This document shows, piece after piece, positions 7,077 to 16,768 of a DNA stretch of 64,000 nt (positions are counted from its first letter, which is position 1; every line of letters starts with the position of its first letter). The stretch comes from a virus (Duplodnaviria; Caudoviricetes). Location of the stretch: positions 1 to 64,000 of the IMG/VR virus record IMGVR_UViG_3300047447_000196, one strand, 5' to 3'. The translations under genes and the position numbers were made by a program. The notes under the pieces were generated by a model that saw nothing but the letters and a program-made list of their open reading frames with translations, did not search any database and was not told where the DNA came from.

Positions 7077-10000
7077 GCGGTGTAGTGCTCCACGAGTTTG
7101 TCGAAGTAGTCACGGCCCAGCTGCTCGACACAATCGGCCGGGATGATGTAGTCGCCGCCCTGCAGGCCGACCGGGGCCATGGCGGCCGGGTCGCCCGGGG
7201 CGCCTTGCGCCGGCTGGTGGAACTGCGCGACCAGCTGGTCGAAGAAGTCCTGGCCGATCGCGGCGACCACGGCCGCCGGGATCAGGTACTCGCCGCTCGA
7301 CACCTGGGCCGGCTGCTGGCCGTCGATCAGGGCCGGGATCGCGTCGTCCGTCCCGCCGCCCGGTCCCTGGATCAGGCCGCCGTCGGCGTAGCCGGGCGCC
7401 TGCTGCTGGCGCTGCATCTTCTCGACGTACTCCGGGATCGAGTTGATCGAGGCGTCGAGCTTGGCGCGGTTGTCGCCGATGTAGCGCATGGCCTGCTGGG
7501 CGGCGCTGTGGATCGGCGCCTTGGCCAGCTTGTAGCCTGGCACCAGGCCGATCGCATCGAGCGCGGCGTCACCGTACTGGCCCTTGCGCACGTCGTTGGC
7601 CACGTCCAGCGCCGAGGTCACGGTGCCGGTGCCGGGCAGCATGTCCAGCGCCAGCTTGGTCTTCGGGTTCTCGTTCGACAGGCGCTCGTAGCCGGCCAGC
7701 GCGCGGCCTGGCAGGCTCGCCACCTGCTGCACGCCGTTGTTCATTGCGGTCGCCGCGCCGTTCCAGGCCTGCTGCACCGGGTTGAGCGGGTTGTTCGGGT
7801 CCACCAGGCCGCCGTCGGCATAGCCCTGGCCCTCGTTGCCGTCCGGGGCGCGCGGGCGCGCGGCGCCGCCCCAGGTCGGGTCCTGGCCGTCCAGGAAGCG
7901 GTCGCGCGCCTGGTCGCCGTAGCTGCTGCCCCACTGGCCGCCGGTCTTGTTCAGCGACTTGATGTGGTTGACGTAGCCGCTGATCTGGCCCAGCGCCTGG
8001 TGCCGCATCTGCTGGTTCGACGGGTCGTAGTTGCCGCCCAGGATGCCCATGTTGTATGCGGTCGACAGCAGCGCATCGCGGTCCTTGAAGCCGGTCAGCG
8101 CGTCGGCGCGGTCGAGGTTGGCGCCGGTGTAGCCGTACAGGTGGTCGGCGATGAAGCCGCCATCCGCGAACGCGGCGCGCGCGATCAGGCTGGCCCCGGC
8201 CGAATCGGGCCGGGTGGTCTCGATGCCGGCTCTAGCGCCGGTCCCGGCGGTCGGCGGCATCGGCGGCAGCGGCATGTTGGTGGTCGACGCGCCCTGCCCC
8301 GGCATGAAGCCGATGCCGGTACGGCGGTTCTTCACAGCCTCGATCCCGAGGCCGGCGGCTGGGCCGCCCGGCTGCGGGAAGTTCGGGTCGATGCCGCTCG
8401 GGGTCGGCGGGCGGTAGCCGGCGGCCTTCATCAGCTCGTCGGCGATCGGCGCCACGCCCGGCACCGCGGCGATGACCTCGGCGGTCTGCATCGCCGAGAA
8501 CTGGGCTTCGGAACCCTTCTTGACCGCATCGGCCGCCGTGACCTTGTCTTTCACACTCAGGCTGGCCACCTCGGCGTCGATCTTGCGGATCTGCGCGGCG
8601 ATCAGGGCCGGATCGACCTTCTGCGCCAGCTGCTGCTGCAACTGGTTGACCTGGTCCTGCAGCTGCTTGATGCGCGGGTCGGCGCCGTCGAAGTTGAAGA
8701 AGCGGGCGCCGTCCTTGTAGCCGAGCTTGCCGAACAGCTCCTTGACGATCTCCTCGACGTTCATGCCCAGCTGCACCAGGCCCTCGTTGGCCAGCATGTT
8801 GCCCAGCGCGGTCATGCCGTCGACGAACTGGCGCACCTGGTCGGCCGGGTTCACGGCGCCCATCCCGACATTCACATTCAGCGTGAACTCGTGCATCAGC
8901 ATGTCGTCCGTGACCTGGTCCATGCCGAAGCGCTGGTTCAGCTGCGCACTCTTGCCGCACAGCGCGATCAGGGCGTCGTCGGTCTCGTAATACTGTTCCA
9001 GCAGCACGATCTGGCGCAGGACCGGCTCGACCCAGGTCTCGACGAAGGTGCGCAGCTGGTAGCCCGAGACCTGGTTGGCGCCGGCGTCCAGCATCTGCAT
9101 GCCGCCCACGGTCTCGTTCAGCTTGCGGTTGCTCTGGACCGACGACCCCGAAAAGGTGCCGGCGACGTCATCAAAATCCAGGTTCAGGACTTCCTGTTCC
9201 TTGTAGGAGGAGCCGGTGACGTCGTTGAACTCGACGACCTTGACGTCGTCGATGTCCTGCACCAGGGTCACGCTGCCCGGCACGTTGCGGGTGACGGAGC
9301 GCAGGTCGACCTGCTTGTTGCGGCGCGCGAAATAGCGCTTGTTCATCGCCAGCTTGACGTTGTCGATGCGCTGGTTGGCCACTTCGTTGATCTCGGCCTG
9401 CACGTCCTTGGTGAGCCTGGGCACCGAGGACGGATACAGCTTGTGGGTTTCCAGCACGGCGGCGCCGATCACGTACGGGCGGCGGCCGTGGAAGTAGACC
9501 TCCTCGAGCGGGACCGGGTCCGACAGCAGGTGTTCGCAGCCGAGGGTGTAGTAGCAGTAGTCGACGCCGTCGACCTCGACCACGTTCTTGTGCACCCACA
9601 CGACATTGAAATTGCCGTTGGCCTGCTGCTGGTACTTGGAGTCCGGGCGCGGGGCTTCGCGCTGCAGGCGGATGGTGTCGCCGTAGGTCTTGGTCGCGCC
9701 CTGGATCTGCGAGTCCGACAGCTGTCGCCACCTCGGTTCGCCGGTCTTCGGGTCGACGCGGGTCATGCGGGCCTTGACGTCCTTGACGTACATCGGGATC
9801 AGCTCGATCACGTACGGGCTTGTGCCGATCGGGTCGGTCCAGTCGGCGCCCGGGTCGATGCGCAGGTTCTCGATCGGGATCAGGCGGATCGCCGGGCGGT
9901 CGATCTTCTTCTTCTCGTCGTACTGCCAATACTGGTACGACGCCACCACGCCGACGGTCTGCGCGTCCTGGTAGGCGCCCACGAGGGTCAGGAACCAGGG

Positions 10001-10378
10001 GATCGACTTGGTCAGGCGGTGCTGCAGCAGCTCGCCCATCACGGCGGCGCTGGCCATCTGCGCGGGATCGTCCTCGTCCTGGGCCGTCACCTTGACGACG
10101 TCATTGCTGGCAAAAAACGCCTGTGCTGCGGCCGCCTCGTTCTTGCGGATGGTCGTGCGCGTTTTCGGCCGGAACAGTTTACTTCTACCCTTGTTGGCGT
10201 CGGCCAGGTACTTGCTGCCGCTGGGGTGCTGGCCCTGGAACTGGCGCAAATCGCCCTCGATCTGTGCGCGCACGGAGCTGTCGAACCAGTTGGTCGAGGC
10301 CGAGTAGGCGTCACGCGCCAGGGCGACCCAGTCGGGCGTGCTTTGCGCCGGCGCGGCGGTGTTGGTCTGGTCGTCCAT
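7073..10378 (-). CDS. Portal protein (podovirus-type) with ~375-aa C-terminal extension
   Basis: LFRPKTRTTIRK, IELIPMYV, NEVANQRIDNVKLAMN, ETVGGMQML and FVETWVEPVLRQIV motifs; position upstream of scaffold/capsid. Confidence 0.85.
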   Translation of the reverse strand: MDDQTNTAAPAQSTPDWVALARDAYSASTNWFDSSVRAQIEGDLRQFQGQHPSGSKYLADANKGRSKLFRPKTRTTIRKNEAAAAQAFFASNDVVKVTAQDEDDPAQMASAAVMGELLQHRLTKSIPWFLTLVGAYQDAQTVGVVASYQYWQYDEKKKIDRPAIRLIPIENLRIDPGADWTDPIGTSPYVIELIPMYVKDVKARMTRVDPKTGEPRWRQLSDSQIQGATKTYGDTIRLQREAPRPDSKYQQQANGNFNVVWVHKNVVEVDGVDYCYYTLGCEHLLSDPVPLEEVYFHGRRPYVIGAAVLETHKLYPSSVPRLTKDVQAEINEVANQRIDNVKLAMNKRYFARRNKQVDLRSVTRNVPGSVTLVQDIDDVKVVEFNDVTGSSYKEQEVLNLDFDDVAGTFSGSSVQSNRKLNETVGGMQMLDAGANQVSGYQLRTFVETWVEPVLRQIVLLEQYYETDDALIALCGKSAQLNQRFGMDQVTDDMLMHEFTLNVNVGMGAVNPADQVRQFVDGMTALGNMLANEGLVQLGMNVEEIVKELFGKLGYKDGARFFNFDGADPRIKQLQDQVNQLQQQLAQKVDPALIAAQIRKIDAEVASLSVKDKVTAADAVKKGSEAQFSAMQTAEVIAAVPGVAPIADELMKAAGYRPPTPSGIDPNFPQPGGPAAGLGIEAVKNRRTGIGFMPGQGASTTNMPLPPMPPTAGTGARAGIETTRPDSAGASLIARAAFADGGFIADHLYGYTGANLDRADALTGFKDRDALLSTAYNMGILGGNYDPSNQQMRHQALGQISGYVNHIKSLNKTGGQWGSSYGDQARDRFLDGQDPTWGGAARPRAPDGNEGQGYADGGLVDPNNPLNPVQQAWNGAATAMNNGVQQVASLPGRALAGYERLSNENPKTKLALDMLPGTGTVTSALDVANDVRKGQYGDAALDAIGLVPGYKLAKAPIHSAAQQAMRYIGDNRAKLDASINSIPEYVEKMQRQQQAPGYADGGLIQGPGGGTDDAIPALIDGQQPAQVSSGEYLIPAAVVAAIGQDFFDQLVAQFHQPAQGAPGDPAAMAPVGLQGGDYIIPADCVEQLGRDYFDKLVEHYTA

Positions 10379-10387
10379 GGGGCCTCG

Positions 10388-10744
10388 TTAGCGGTCGAAC
10401 ACGAAGTCGCCGGCGAAGTTGGTCGCCAGCTGGGTGTACTGCGATTCGTTGAACTGGCCCCGGGACAGGCGGAAGCGCTCGAGGATCTCGCCGCCGGCGC
10501 GGATCACGTCCTTCCTGAACTCGGACGCCGAGTAGATGTCCACGAGTTTCAGGCGGTAGCCCCACTGGCCGGACAGCATCAGGTCGTGGATGTTGGCCAC
10601 GCCGTTCGGGCCGTCGACGTTGATCGCCCACAGGTGGCCCGGGTAGTGGCTGTGCAGCGTGTCGGCGATCTCCTTGGCGAGGATCATGTCGTGCGCGCTG
10701 GTCGCCATGGCGCTGTCGTCCAGGCCGACGAGGATTTTGCTCAT
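10388..10744 (-). CDS. Phage hypothetical protein
   Basis: 118 aa, AKEIADTLHSHYPGHLWAINVD...AGGEILERFRLSRG. Confidence 0.7.
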   Translation of the reverse strand: MSKILVGLDDSAMATSAHDMILAKEIADTLHSHYPGHLWAINVDGPNGVANIHDLMLSGQWGYRLKLVDIYSASEFRKDVIRAGGEILERFRLSRGQFNESQYTQLATNFAGDFVFDR

Positions 10745-10762
10745 GGGGGGTGTCCTAAAGGG

Positions 10763-10915
10763 TCAGTCGTCGTAGAAATCCGGCTCGGTCTCGCTCTGGA
10801 TCAGGCGAGCCTTCTCGTAGTCGGACAGCCACTGGTATTGCTGGAAGGAGTACAGGGCGCGGATGGAGTCGGGCAGCGCCTGGTACTCGCGGTAGACCAG
10901 GCTCGATTCGTTCAT
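10763..10915 (-). CDS. Small hypothetical protein
   Basis: Hand-translated MNESSLVYREYQALPDSIRALYSFQQYQWLSDYEKARLIQSETEPDFYDD (50 aa). Confidence 0.55.
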   Translation of the reverse strand: MNESSLVYREYQALPDSIRALYSFQQYQWLSDYEKARLIQSETEPDFYDD

Positions 10916-10924
10916 GGCTTCCAT

Positions 10925-13900
10925 CTACACCACCGTGATCGTGTGGTTCAGGGCGTTGTAGCCGGTCGCCGCTTCCCACAGGCCGGTGTTGGCCAGCCGG
11001 ATCGCGTAGGCCGGGTTCGCGGCGAGGGTGGCATCCGCATCCGGCAGCGCCAGGAACAAGGCGTAGCTGCCCGCCGCCATCCCGGCCGGCAGGAGCAAGG
11101 TCTCGTTCACGTCCGTGGTCGTGCCGGCCAGCCAGGTCCGGGGGTCGGTGCCCAAGGCCAGGCGCGTCTCGGCGCCCGTCGTCGTGTTGCGCAGCACGAG
11201 GTAGACGGTGCGGCCGGAGACCGGGGCGGCGAACCCGCTGTTGTTGACCGAGAACGCCACATTGATGCTGGTGCCGCGGGTGCCGACGGTGGGGTAGCTG
11301 CCGGTCGTGAGGGCCAGGCGGTAGCCGAGGCGCTTGCTGATCGTCGCGTAGTCGCCGCTGTCCTTCCACGACTGGATGACGAGATCCTGGTAGCCGGAAT
11401 TGATGAAGGTCCAGTGGAACCGGGTCATCTCGGCGATGGCCGTCGCGCCGCTGGATCTCGGCTCGTTGTAGGTGCAGGTCTCGCCGCCCATCGGCACATA
11501 GAGGGTGTCGGCGGCCAGGAAGGCTTCTTCGGTCGGCTGGTCGTAGTAGGTGCCGGAATCGTCCGGGCCGGACAGGAAACAGTCGTTGAAGTGGCCGACG
11601 CGGGAGCGCGCGCTGCCGTCGAACGCGGTGCTGCTGGAGACCGGCGTGTTGCCGGTGTTGTACATCTTGATCCACGGCTGGCGCACCTGCACCCAGCGGT
11701 GCGCCGGCATCACGGCCAGGGCCTTGTCGACCACGGCCTTGCGCAGCTGGCGGTTGGCGTCGGACAGGTTCGGCGGCCACGAGTCGGCGCCGAAGTTGTT
11801 GGACCCCTGGAATTCGCCCCAGCGTCCCACGAAGCCGGCCTGCATGCCGAAGATCACGTCGTCGTTGGCGGAGAGATATGGCGCCAGCTGGTCGAGGTGG
11901 CCCTGGATGCGGGTGAGCGTGGCGTCGGCGGTGTCGGTCGAGGTGTAGGCGAACCGGAGGATCGCCTTCATGCCGAGCGAACGGATCGAGTCGAGGTGCG
12001 ACTGGAAGGCGTTCAGGAACGTGGCATCCAGCGCGGCGGTCTTGTACGAGGACAGGTAGGCCTGGTACAGCACCAGGCTCATGTTCTGGGCCTTGTACTG
12101 GTTCAGGTTCGCTGCCGAAAAATCGCCGGTGTGCAGCAGGTGGACATACAGGCCGCGTTCCGGGTTGGCAAAATCGGCGGTGCTGGCGGTGTAGGTCACG
12201 CTGCTGCCGGCGCTGCTGGCGACGATGGCGGCCTGGACACTCTGGGCCTGCTTCGTCATCGCCAGGCCGCTGCTCGATTTCGCCACGGCGGCCTGGGCGC
12301 GCTGGCCCTGCTTCGTCGTGACGTTCGACAGGTTCTCGTAGCTGCCCAGCAGCGCGGCGCGCTGGCCCTGCGTCGTCGCGGCGCTGGCGCTGATGCCGGT
12401 GCCGCCCAGCAGGGCTGCACGCTGCGCCTGGCGGGTGCTGGCGGTGCTCGGGGTGGCCGTGATCGCCAGCGCGCCGGTCGACGACTGGCGGTGGTTCGTC
12501 TTGACGGTGAGATCCAGCAGCGGGGCCTTGGCGGTCTGCGCGAGGCGCGGCACCACGGCGAACTGCGCGCCGTAGCCGTAGTTCGGTTTCGTCGGGCGCG
12601 ACTGGAACTTGTTCCAGGCGGTCAGGCCGCCCGGATAGCCCGCGTCGACCGTGAAGGCCAGCGCCGGCTGGTAGTCGGCCGCGAAGCCGACCGTGGAGTC
12701 CGGGTAGCCGTCGATGTCGCCCGGCAGCAGCGGCGAGCCGGCGGTGGCGAGGCGCTGCGGCGAGTCGCAGGGGTACTGCGCCTGGCTGGCCGGGATCGTG
12801 AACTGCCAGCACTGGGCCAGCGTCGGGAACATCGGCGCGGACGAGGTGGTCTTGACGCCCAGCGAGTAGGCGCAGGAATCCTGCACGCAGATCGCCGGGT
12901 CGAGCATGCGGCCGACCTGGAATTTCGCTTTCCAGTCCAGCAGGCGCTTGGCCTCGCTGTTCCCCAGCAGCTCGACGCCGTGGCCGATCGACATGGTGAA
13001 GAAGTCGTCCTGCCAGCAGGCCAGGCCGTTGGCGCTGCCGCCGTTGATGTTGTAGGCCAGCGCCTGATCCTCGATCACGCCCAGCGGGTTGCTGTTGCCG
13101 TCGACGTACTTGGCGACGTACCAGGCGATGTTGTCGGCGTAGCAGGTGGTGAAATGCGACTTCAGGTAGTGGTCGTCCGGCGTGATCGCGGCGGCCTGCG
13201 CGATCGTGCGCATGCTCCATGCCTGGCCGCGCACCTGGTCGGGGTGGACCAGCGACTTGCCGAACTCCCTGTAGTACGGGTTCCCGAAGTACATGTCGTA
13301 GGTGGCGAAGAACTGCAACTGCTCCAGATAGAAGTAGTCGCCGCTCAAGAGGTACGGCAGGTAGCAGATGCCCGGCTGGTGCGCGCAATCGACCACGCCC
13401 TGCGTGACGGTGGTCAGGTCGGGCAGCTTCTCGTTCTTGCCGGTGGCCGGGTTGAGCGCATCGCCGGGGTTGCCGAGGATGCAGGCGTACGGGAAGTTCC
13501 TGGTCGACAGCGGCAGGCCGCGGCCCGGCCCGCTGCTGTCGTCGCGCCGGCAGATCGGCCAGGAACCGGCAATGTCGCCGGCCGCCAGCACGATCGCCTT
13601 GGCGCGGCGGTCCATGGTGAGGATCGCGGCGACGTGGGTGTCCGGCATGATGCCGATGTCGCTGCGCCCGCCGGTGGTCGGCATGTACGGCGTGAAGCGG
13701 CCGAACTTCATCGGCTCGTAGGTGCCGCCGGTGAGCCAGGTGTCGTAGCTGGCCAGCTCGCTTTCGGGGAAGGTGATGCTCTGGTCGTAGTTCGGGACCA
13801 GTTTCGACGCGATCAGGTAGGCGGTGTCGTGGCGGACGTGCAGGGTCGGCGCTTGCCCGATCCAGAACGTCTTCTTCCAGCGCCCGGTCGGCGTGTGGGT

Positions 13901-15094
13901 CAGCCCCGTCTTGCTGTAATAGGTGGTCGCACCGGCCTTGAGCGTGACGTCGTAGGTGATGTCGGTCGTCGACAGGTAGGCCTTGGTGTGCTCGACGGTG
14001 GCGTCGACGCGGACCTGGCCGCTGCTGAACACGCGCACCGAGAACTGGGCGGTCAGGGTCGGGTGCGGGCCGGCAGCGCCGACGAACGGCACGTTGAAGA
14101 TGAAGTCCGAGGCGACCGGGCCGGCGAGCCAGGTGTCGTAGGCGGCGCCGGCGCAGCTGGCGGTCCAGGTGGCGCCGGCGATGACGAGCTGGGCGACCGG
14201 CAGCGTGGCCGGCATGGCGACCGCAGGCAGGCCCGGGGGAGAAGCGGCGCGGCGGATCGACAGCGTCTGCGAGCTGGATGCGGCCAGACTCGGCATCACG
14301 CCGCACAGGATCGCGTGGCGCACCGAGCCGTCCGCGTGTTTCGCCTTGACGGTGAACTGGGCCGGGACGCTGGTGCCGTCCGGCTGCACCAGGGCGACGT
14401 TCGCGCCCGCACTTGGGAGGTGGCCCGAGGCGAACGCATGGCCGAGGTAGAACGGCGCGTTGGTGACAGGCGTGGCGGCGGTGTTCTCGATCTTGAGCGT
14501 GGTGATCTCGCTGCCGAGCGGGATCGGGTCCTCGCTGCCCGGCAGCTTGCCGTCGATTCCCATCACGCTTGCTGCGTACTGGGCCTGGCGGGTGGTCACG
14601 GCGCCGGCGATCGGCGGGTTGGCGCCGTTGAGGGCGATGCCGACCTGGGTCTTCTGCGCCTGGCGGCTGGTCGCGGTGCTGTTGGTCGCCAGGTTCTCGC
14701 TGGTGATCGTGACCTGCAAGGCGCTGTGCTGGCGCTGGCGGGTCGCCACGTCGGCGTCCAGCTGCGGATCGACACCATCGACACCGAACACGGCGGCGAC
14801 CAGCTGGGCCTGCATGGACGCGGCGCTGGCGTCGGTGACGATGTTCTCGCTGGTGACGGCGGCGTCGGCGGCCACGAACTGCACCTGGCGGGTGACGACG
14901 GAAAGCGTCAGTTCCGGCGGCAGGTCGTCGCGCGGCGCGTACAGGGTCGAGTTGACGTCGGTGACGAAGGTGCGGCCGCCGAACCCATAGGCGAGCACCG
15001 GCCGCGCATCGAAGTTGGCGGCGGGATCGGCCATCCCGACTTCCTCCGACCACAGGCGGGTCGAGAAGCTCGGAATGGTGGGATCGTTACTCAT
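10925..15094 (-). CDS. Large putative virion protein: repeat scaffold + RGLX/YetA-like lyase region + DUF4874/DUF4832 glycoside-hydrolase-like domain
   Basis: PFYLGHAF...VPAQFTV..HADGSVRHA and HQPGICYLPYLLSGD...QVRGQAWSMR; C-term FANPERGLY...AILRFAY...AGFVGRWGE...GHFNDCFL...GGETC...RLGYRL. Confidence 0.7.
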   Translation of the reverse strand: MSNDPTIPSFSTRLWSEEVGMADPAANFDARPVLAYGFGGRTFVTDVNSTLYAPRDDLPPELTLSVVTRQVQFVAADAAVTSENIVTDASAASMQAQLVAAVFGVDGVDPQLDADVATRQRQHSALQVTITSENLATNSTATSRQAQKTQVGIALNGANPPIAGAVTTRQAQYAASVMGIDGKLPGSEDPIPLGSEITTLKIENTAATPVTNAPFYLGHAFASGHLPSAGANVALVQPDGTSVPAQFTVKAKHADGSVRHAILCGVMPSLAASSSQTLSIRRAASPPGLPAVAMPATLPVAQLVIAGATWTASCAGAAYDTWLAGPVASDFIFNVPFVGAAGPHPTLTAQFSVRVFSSGQVRVDATVEHTKAYLSTTDITYDVTLKAGATTYYSKTGLTHTPTGRWKKTFWIGQAPTLHVRHDTAYLIASKLVPNYDQSITFPESELASYDTWLTGGTYEPMKFGRFTPYMPTTGGRSDIGIMPDTHVAAILTMDRRAKAIVLAAGDIAGSWPICRRDDSSGPGRGLPLSTRNFPYACILGNPGDALNPATGKNEKLPDLTTVTQGVVDCAHQPGICYLPYLLSGDYFYLEQLQFFATYDMYFGNPYYREFGKSLVHPDQVRGQAWSMRTIAQAAAITPDDHYLKSHFTTCYADNIAWYVAKYVDGNSNPLGVIEDQALAYNINGGSANGLACWQDDFFTMSIGHGVELLGNSEAKRLLDWKAKFQVGRMLDPAICVQDSCAYSLGVKTTSSAPMFPTLAQCWQFTIPASQAQYPCDSPQRLATAGSPLLPGDIDGYPDSTVGFAADYQPALAFTVDAGYPGGLTAWNKFQSRPTKPNYGYGAQFAVVPRLAQTAKAPLLDLTVKTNHRQSSTGALAITATPSTASTRQAQRAALLGGTGISASAATTQGQRAALLGSYENLSNVTTKQGQRAQAAVAKSSSGLAMTKQAQSVQAAIVASSAGSSVTYTASTADFANPERGLYVHLLHTGDFSAANLNQYKAQNMSLVLYQAYLSSYKTAALDATFLNAFQSHLDSIRSLGMKAILRFAYTSTDTADATLTRIQGHLDQLAPYLSANDDVIFGMQAGFVGRWGEFQGSNNFGADSWPPNLSDANRQLRKAVVDKALAVMPAHRWVQVRQPWIKMYNTGNTPVSSSTAFDGSARSRVGHFNDCFLSGPDDSGTYYDQPTEEAFLAADTLYVPMGGETCTYNEPRSSGATAIAEMTRFHWTFINSGYQDLVIQSWKDSGDYATISKRLGYRLALTTGSYPTVGTRGTSINVAFSVNNSGFAAPVSGRTVYLVLRNTTTGAETRLALGTDPRTWLAGTTTDVNETLLLPAGMAAGSYALFLALPDADATLAANPAYAIRLANTGLWEAATGYNALNHTITVV

Positions 15095-15214
15095 CTAGGT
15101 CCTCTGGAATGGGCAGCGGCTTGGGTGGCGGCGACTTGGGCGGCAGGCTGTCCAGCCAGGCCACGAAGTCCGGCGACGGCTCGAACGGCGCGGGTGGGAA
15201 CGCGCCGTCCGCCA

Positions 15215-15475
15215 TCACATCCCCCTGCCCTTGTGCTTGGCGTGGGCCGGGATTTGGTTGGCCTGGTTGTGGGTGTCGGTGCGGACCACGCCTCTAGCGG
15301 TCGGCACGCTCGGCACCTGGCGGCTGGTCTTCGGCACTGGCGGACGCGCCATCGGCGACGGCGCGGCGCTTGGTGCCGGGACGGCAGCCGGACGGGCAGC
15401 CTTCGGCGGCAGCGGCGGCGGGTTCATGGACGGCACTTGTTCCGGCTTGGCGACAGGCTTGACGAACTTCTTCAT
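15215..15475 (-). CDS. Pro/Lys-rich hypothetical protein
   Basis: MKKFVKPVAKP..., GGAG RBS; low complexity. Confidence 0.4.
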   Translation of the reverse strand: MKKFVKPVAKPEQVPSMNPPPLPPKAARPAAVPAPSAAPSPMARPPVPKTSRQVPSVPTARGVVRTDTHNQANQIPAHAKHKGRGM

Positions 15476-15529
15476 GGGAGGTCTCCGAAAGTCTTGACAG
15501 GTGGTAACGAACCGCGACAAACTGGCGCG

Positions 15530-16768
15530 ATGGATATCCAAAAAGAAACGGAACGGGCCGAAGTCCTGCTGCCGGCCCAGCTCGACGACGATGTGCTGCG
15601 CTACGTGATGGAGTGCGCGCACCTGAACAACCCGGACGGCGCGCGCCTGGTGAAGTCGATCCACCTTTTCATGCACGAGGCGCTGCGCACCAGGCCACCC
15701 GAGCCGCAGTACCACGCCACGCTGCGCGGCATGGCCGATTGCATGGACATGGTCTGGCGGGAGCTGATCGAGGCCGGGGTGATCGACCAGAAGGTGGCGC
15801 CGATGTTCGTGGCCGAGGCGGTGCTGGCCCGGCTGGATGGTCTGCGCAACGAAATGCTCGTCGTGCAACGTCGCCTCGCCGGCGAGACCCTGCGCGCCGG
15901 TCTGGCCGAGGCGCGCGCCGCGTCGAAGTCGAAGGAGTGCATCGAGCTGCGCGAGCGCATGGCGGCAAGGCCGGCGATCCCGGCCACGCCGGAGCAGGCC
16001 ATCGCCTTCATCGGCAACCAGTGCGAGGTGCGCGAGGATGCGGTGCCGCTGGACCGGACCCGCTTCCAGCTCACCGTCCACGATCTGCTGTCTGCGTTCC
16101 GCTGGTGGTTCCACGATGACGTGGCTGACGGCGCGATCTACGAGGCGGTGTCGCGCCGTGCCGATCCGGCAGCGCATGATGCGGCCGTCGCCGAGTCCAT
16201 GGCCGTGCTGTCTAATTCCGCCGAATTCGACGGAATTAGAATGCCTACAGGCCGGGACCAAACCGCTGTTCCGGTGGCGACCGGAGCCGTTGAAACCCGC
16301 ATGGATACTGGCTTCCAGCCTCTGCCAGAGGGTGGGCCTAATTCCCCCGAATTCGAGGGAATTAACAAAGCCGTGACTGTCACGGAAAAGGGGCCGTGGC
16401 AGGCCGAGGAAATCGCGCAACGGCTGCCCCCGCCCCGCGCTACGGTCGCTGCGGTGACGGCCGAGCTTCTGGCCGCCGGCAACGCGGTGGTCGAGCACTG
16501 GCACTCGCGCGACTGGAAAAAGCCGCCTACTGCGGATGTCATCGCCCGGCTGACGAGGGCGGTAGGCCGGGTCAAACGTGGCCGTGAGCTGTACACCTGC
16601 GTCGACAAGGGCGGCGAATACGAACTGGTTGGCGAGGCGAAGGGCGCCGGGACGTTGAAGACTTATTCGGGCTTGATCGTCTACCAGGACAGCATGACCG
16701 GGCAGATGTACTGCCGTTCGATGACGGACTTCGACAAGCGCATGCAGCGCATCAAGGAGACGCTGTGA
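15530..16768 (+). CDS. Mosaic hypothetical protein with C-terminal DUF1653-like domain (412 aa)
   Basis: Only the last 412 aa (MDIQKETE...) of the 3227-aa track ORF look coding; ends KGGEYELVGEA...LIVYQD...YCRSMTDFDKRM. Confidence 0.65.
   Translation: MDIQKETERAEVLLPAQLDDDVLRYVMECAHLNNPDGARLVKSIHLFMHEALRTRPPEPQYHATLRGMADCMDMVWRELIEAGVIDQKVAPMFVAEAVLARLDGLRNEMLVVQRRLAGETLRAGLAEARAASKSKECIELRERMAARPAIPATPEQAIAFIGNQCEVREDAVPLDRTRFQLTVHDLLSAFRWWFHDDVADGAIYEAVSRRADPAAHDAAVAESMAVLSNSAEFDGIRMPTGRDQTAVPVATGAVETRMDTGFQPLPEGGPNSPEFEGINKAVTVTEKGPWQAEEIAQRLPPPRATVAAVTAELLAAGNAVVEHWHSRDWKKPPTADVIARLTRAVGRVKRGRELYTCVDKGGEYELVGEAKGAGTLKTYSGLIVYQDSMTGQMYCRSMTDFDKRMQRIKETL
16211..16364. repeat. Two near-perfect palindromes TAATTCC(G/C)CCGAATTCGA(C/G)GGAATTA inside a CDS
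   Basis: 16211-16240 (14/15 pairs) and 16339-16364 (12/13 pairs). Confidence 0.85.

Noticed and set aside
15087-15215. 42-aa Pro-rich ORF before the large virion gene
   Set aside because: Start/stop coupling is plausible, but it is too short and low-complexity to support as a feature.
7085-15529. 3227-aa plus-strand ORF as a giant protein
   Set aside because: It is the in-register antisense shadow of four minus-strand genes (7073, 10388, 10763 and 10925 share a frame) in GC-rich DNA. Only 15530-16768 looks coding.
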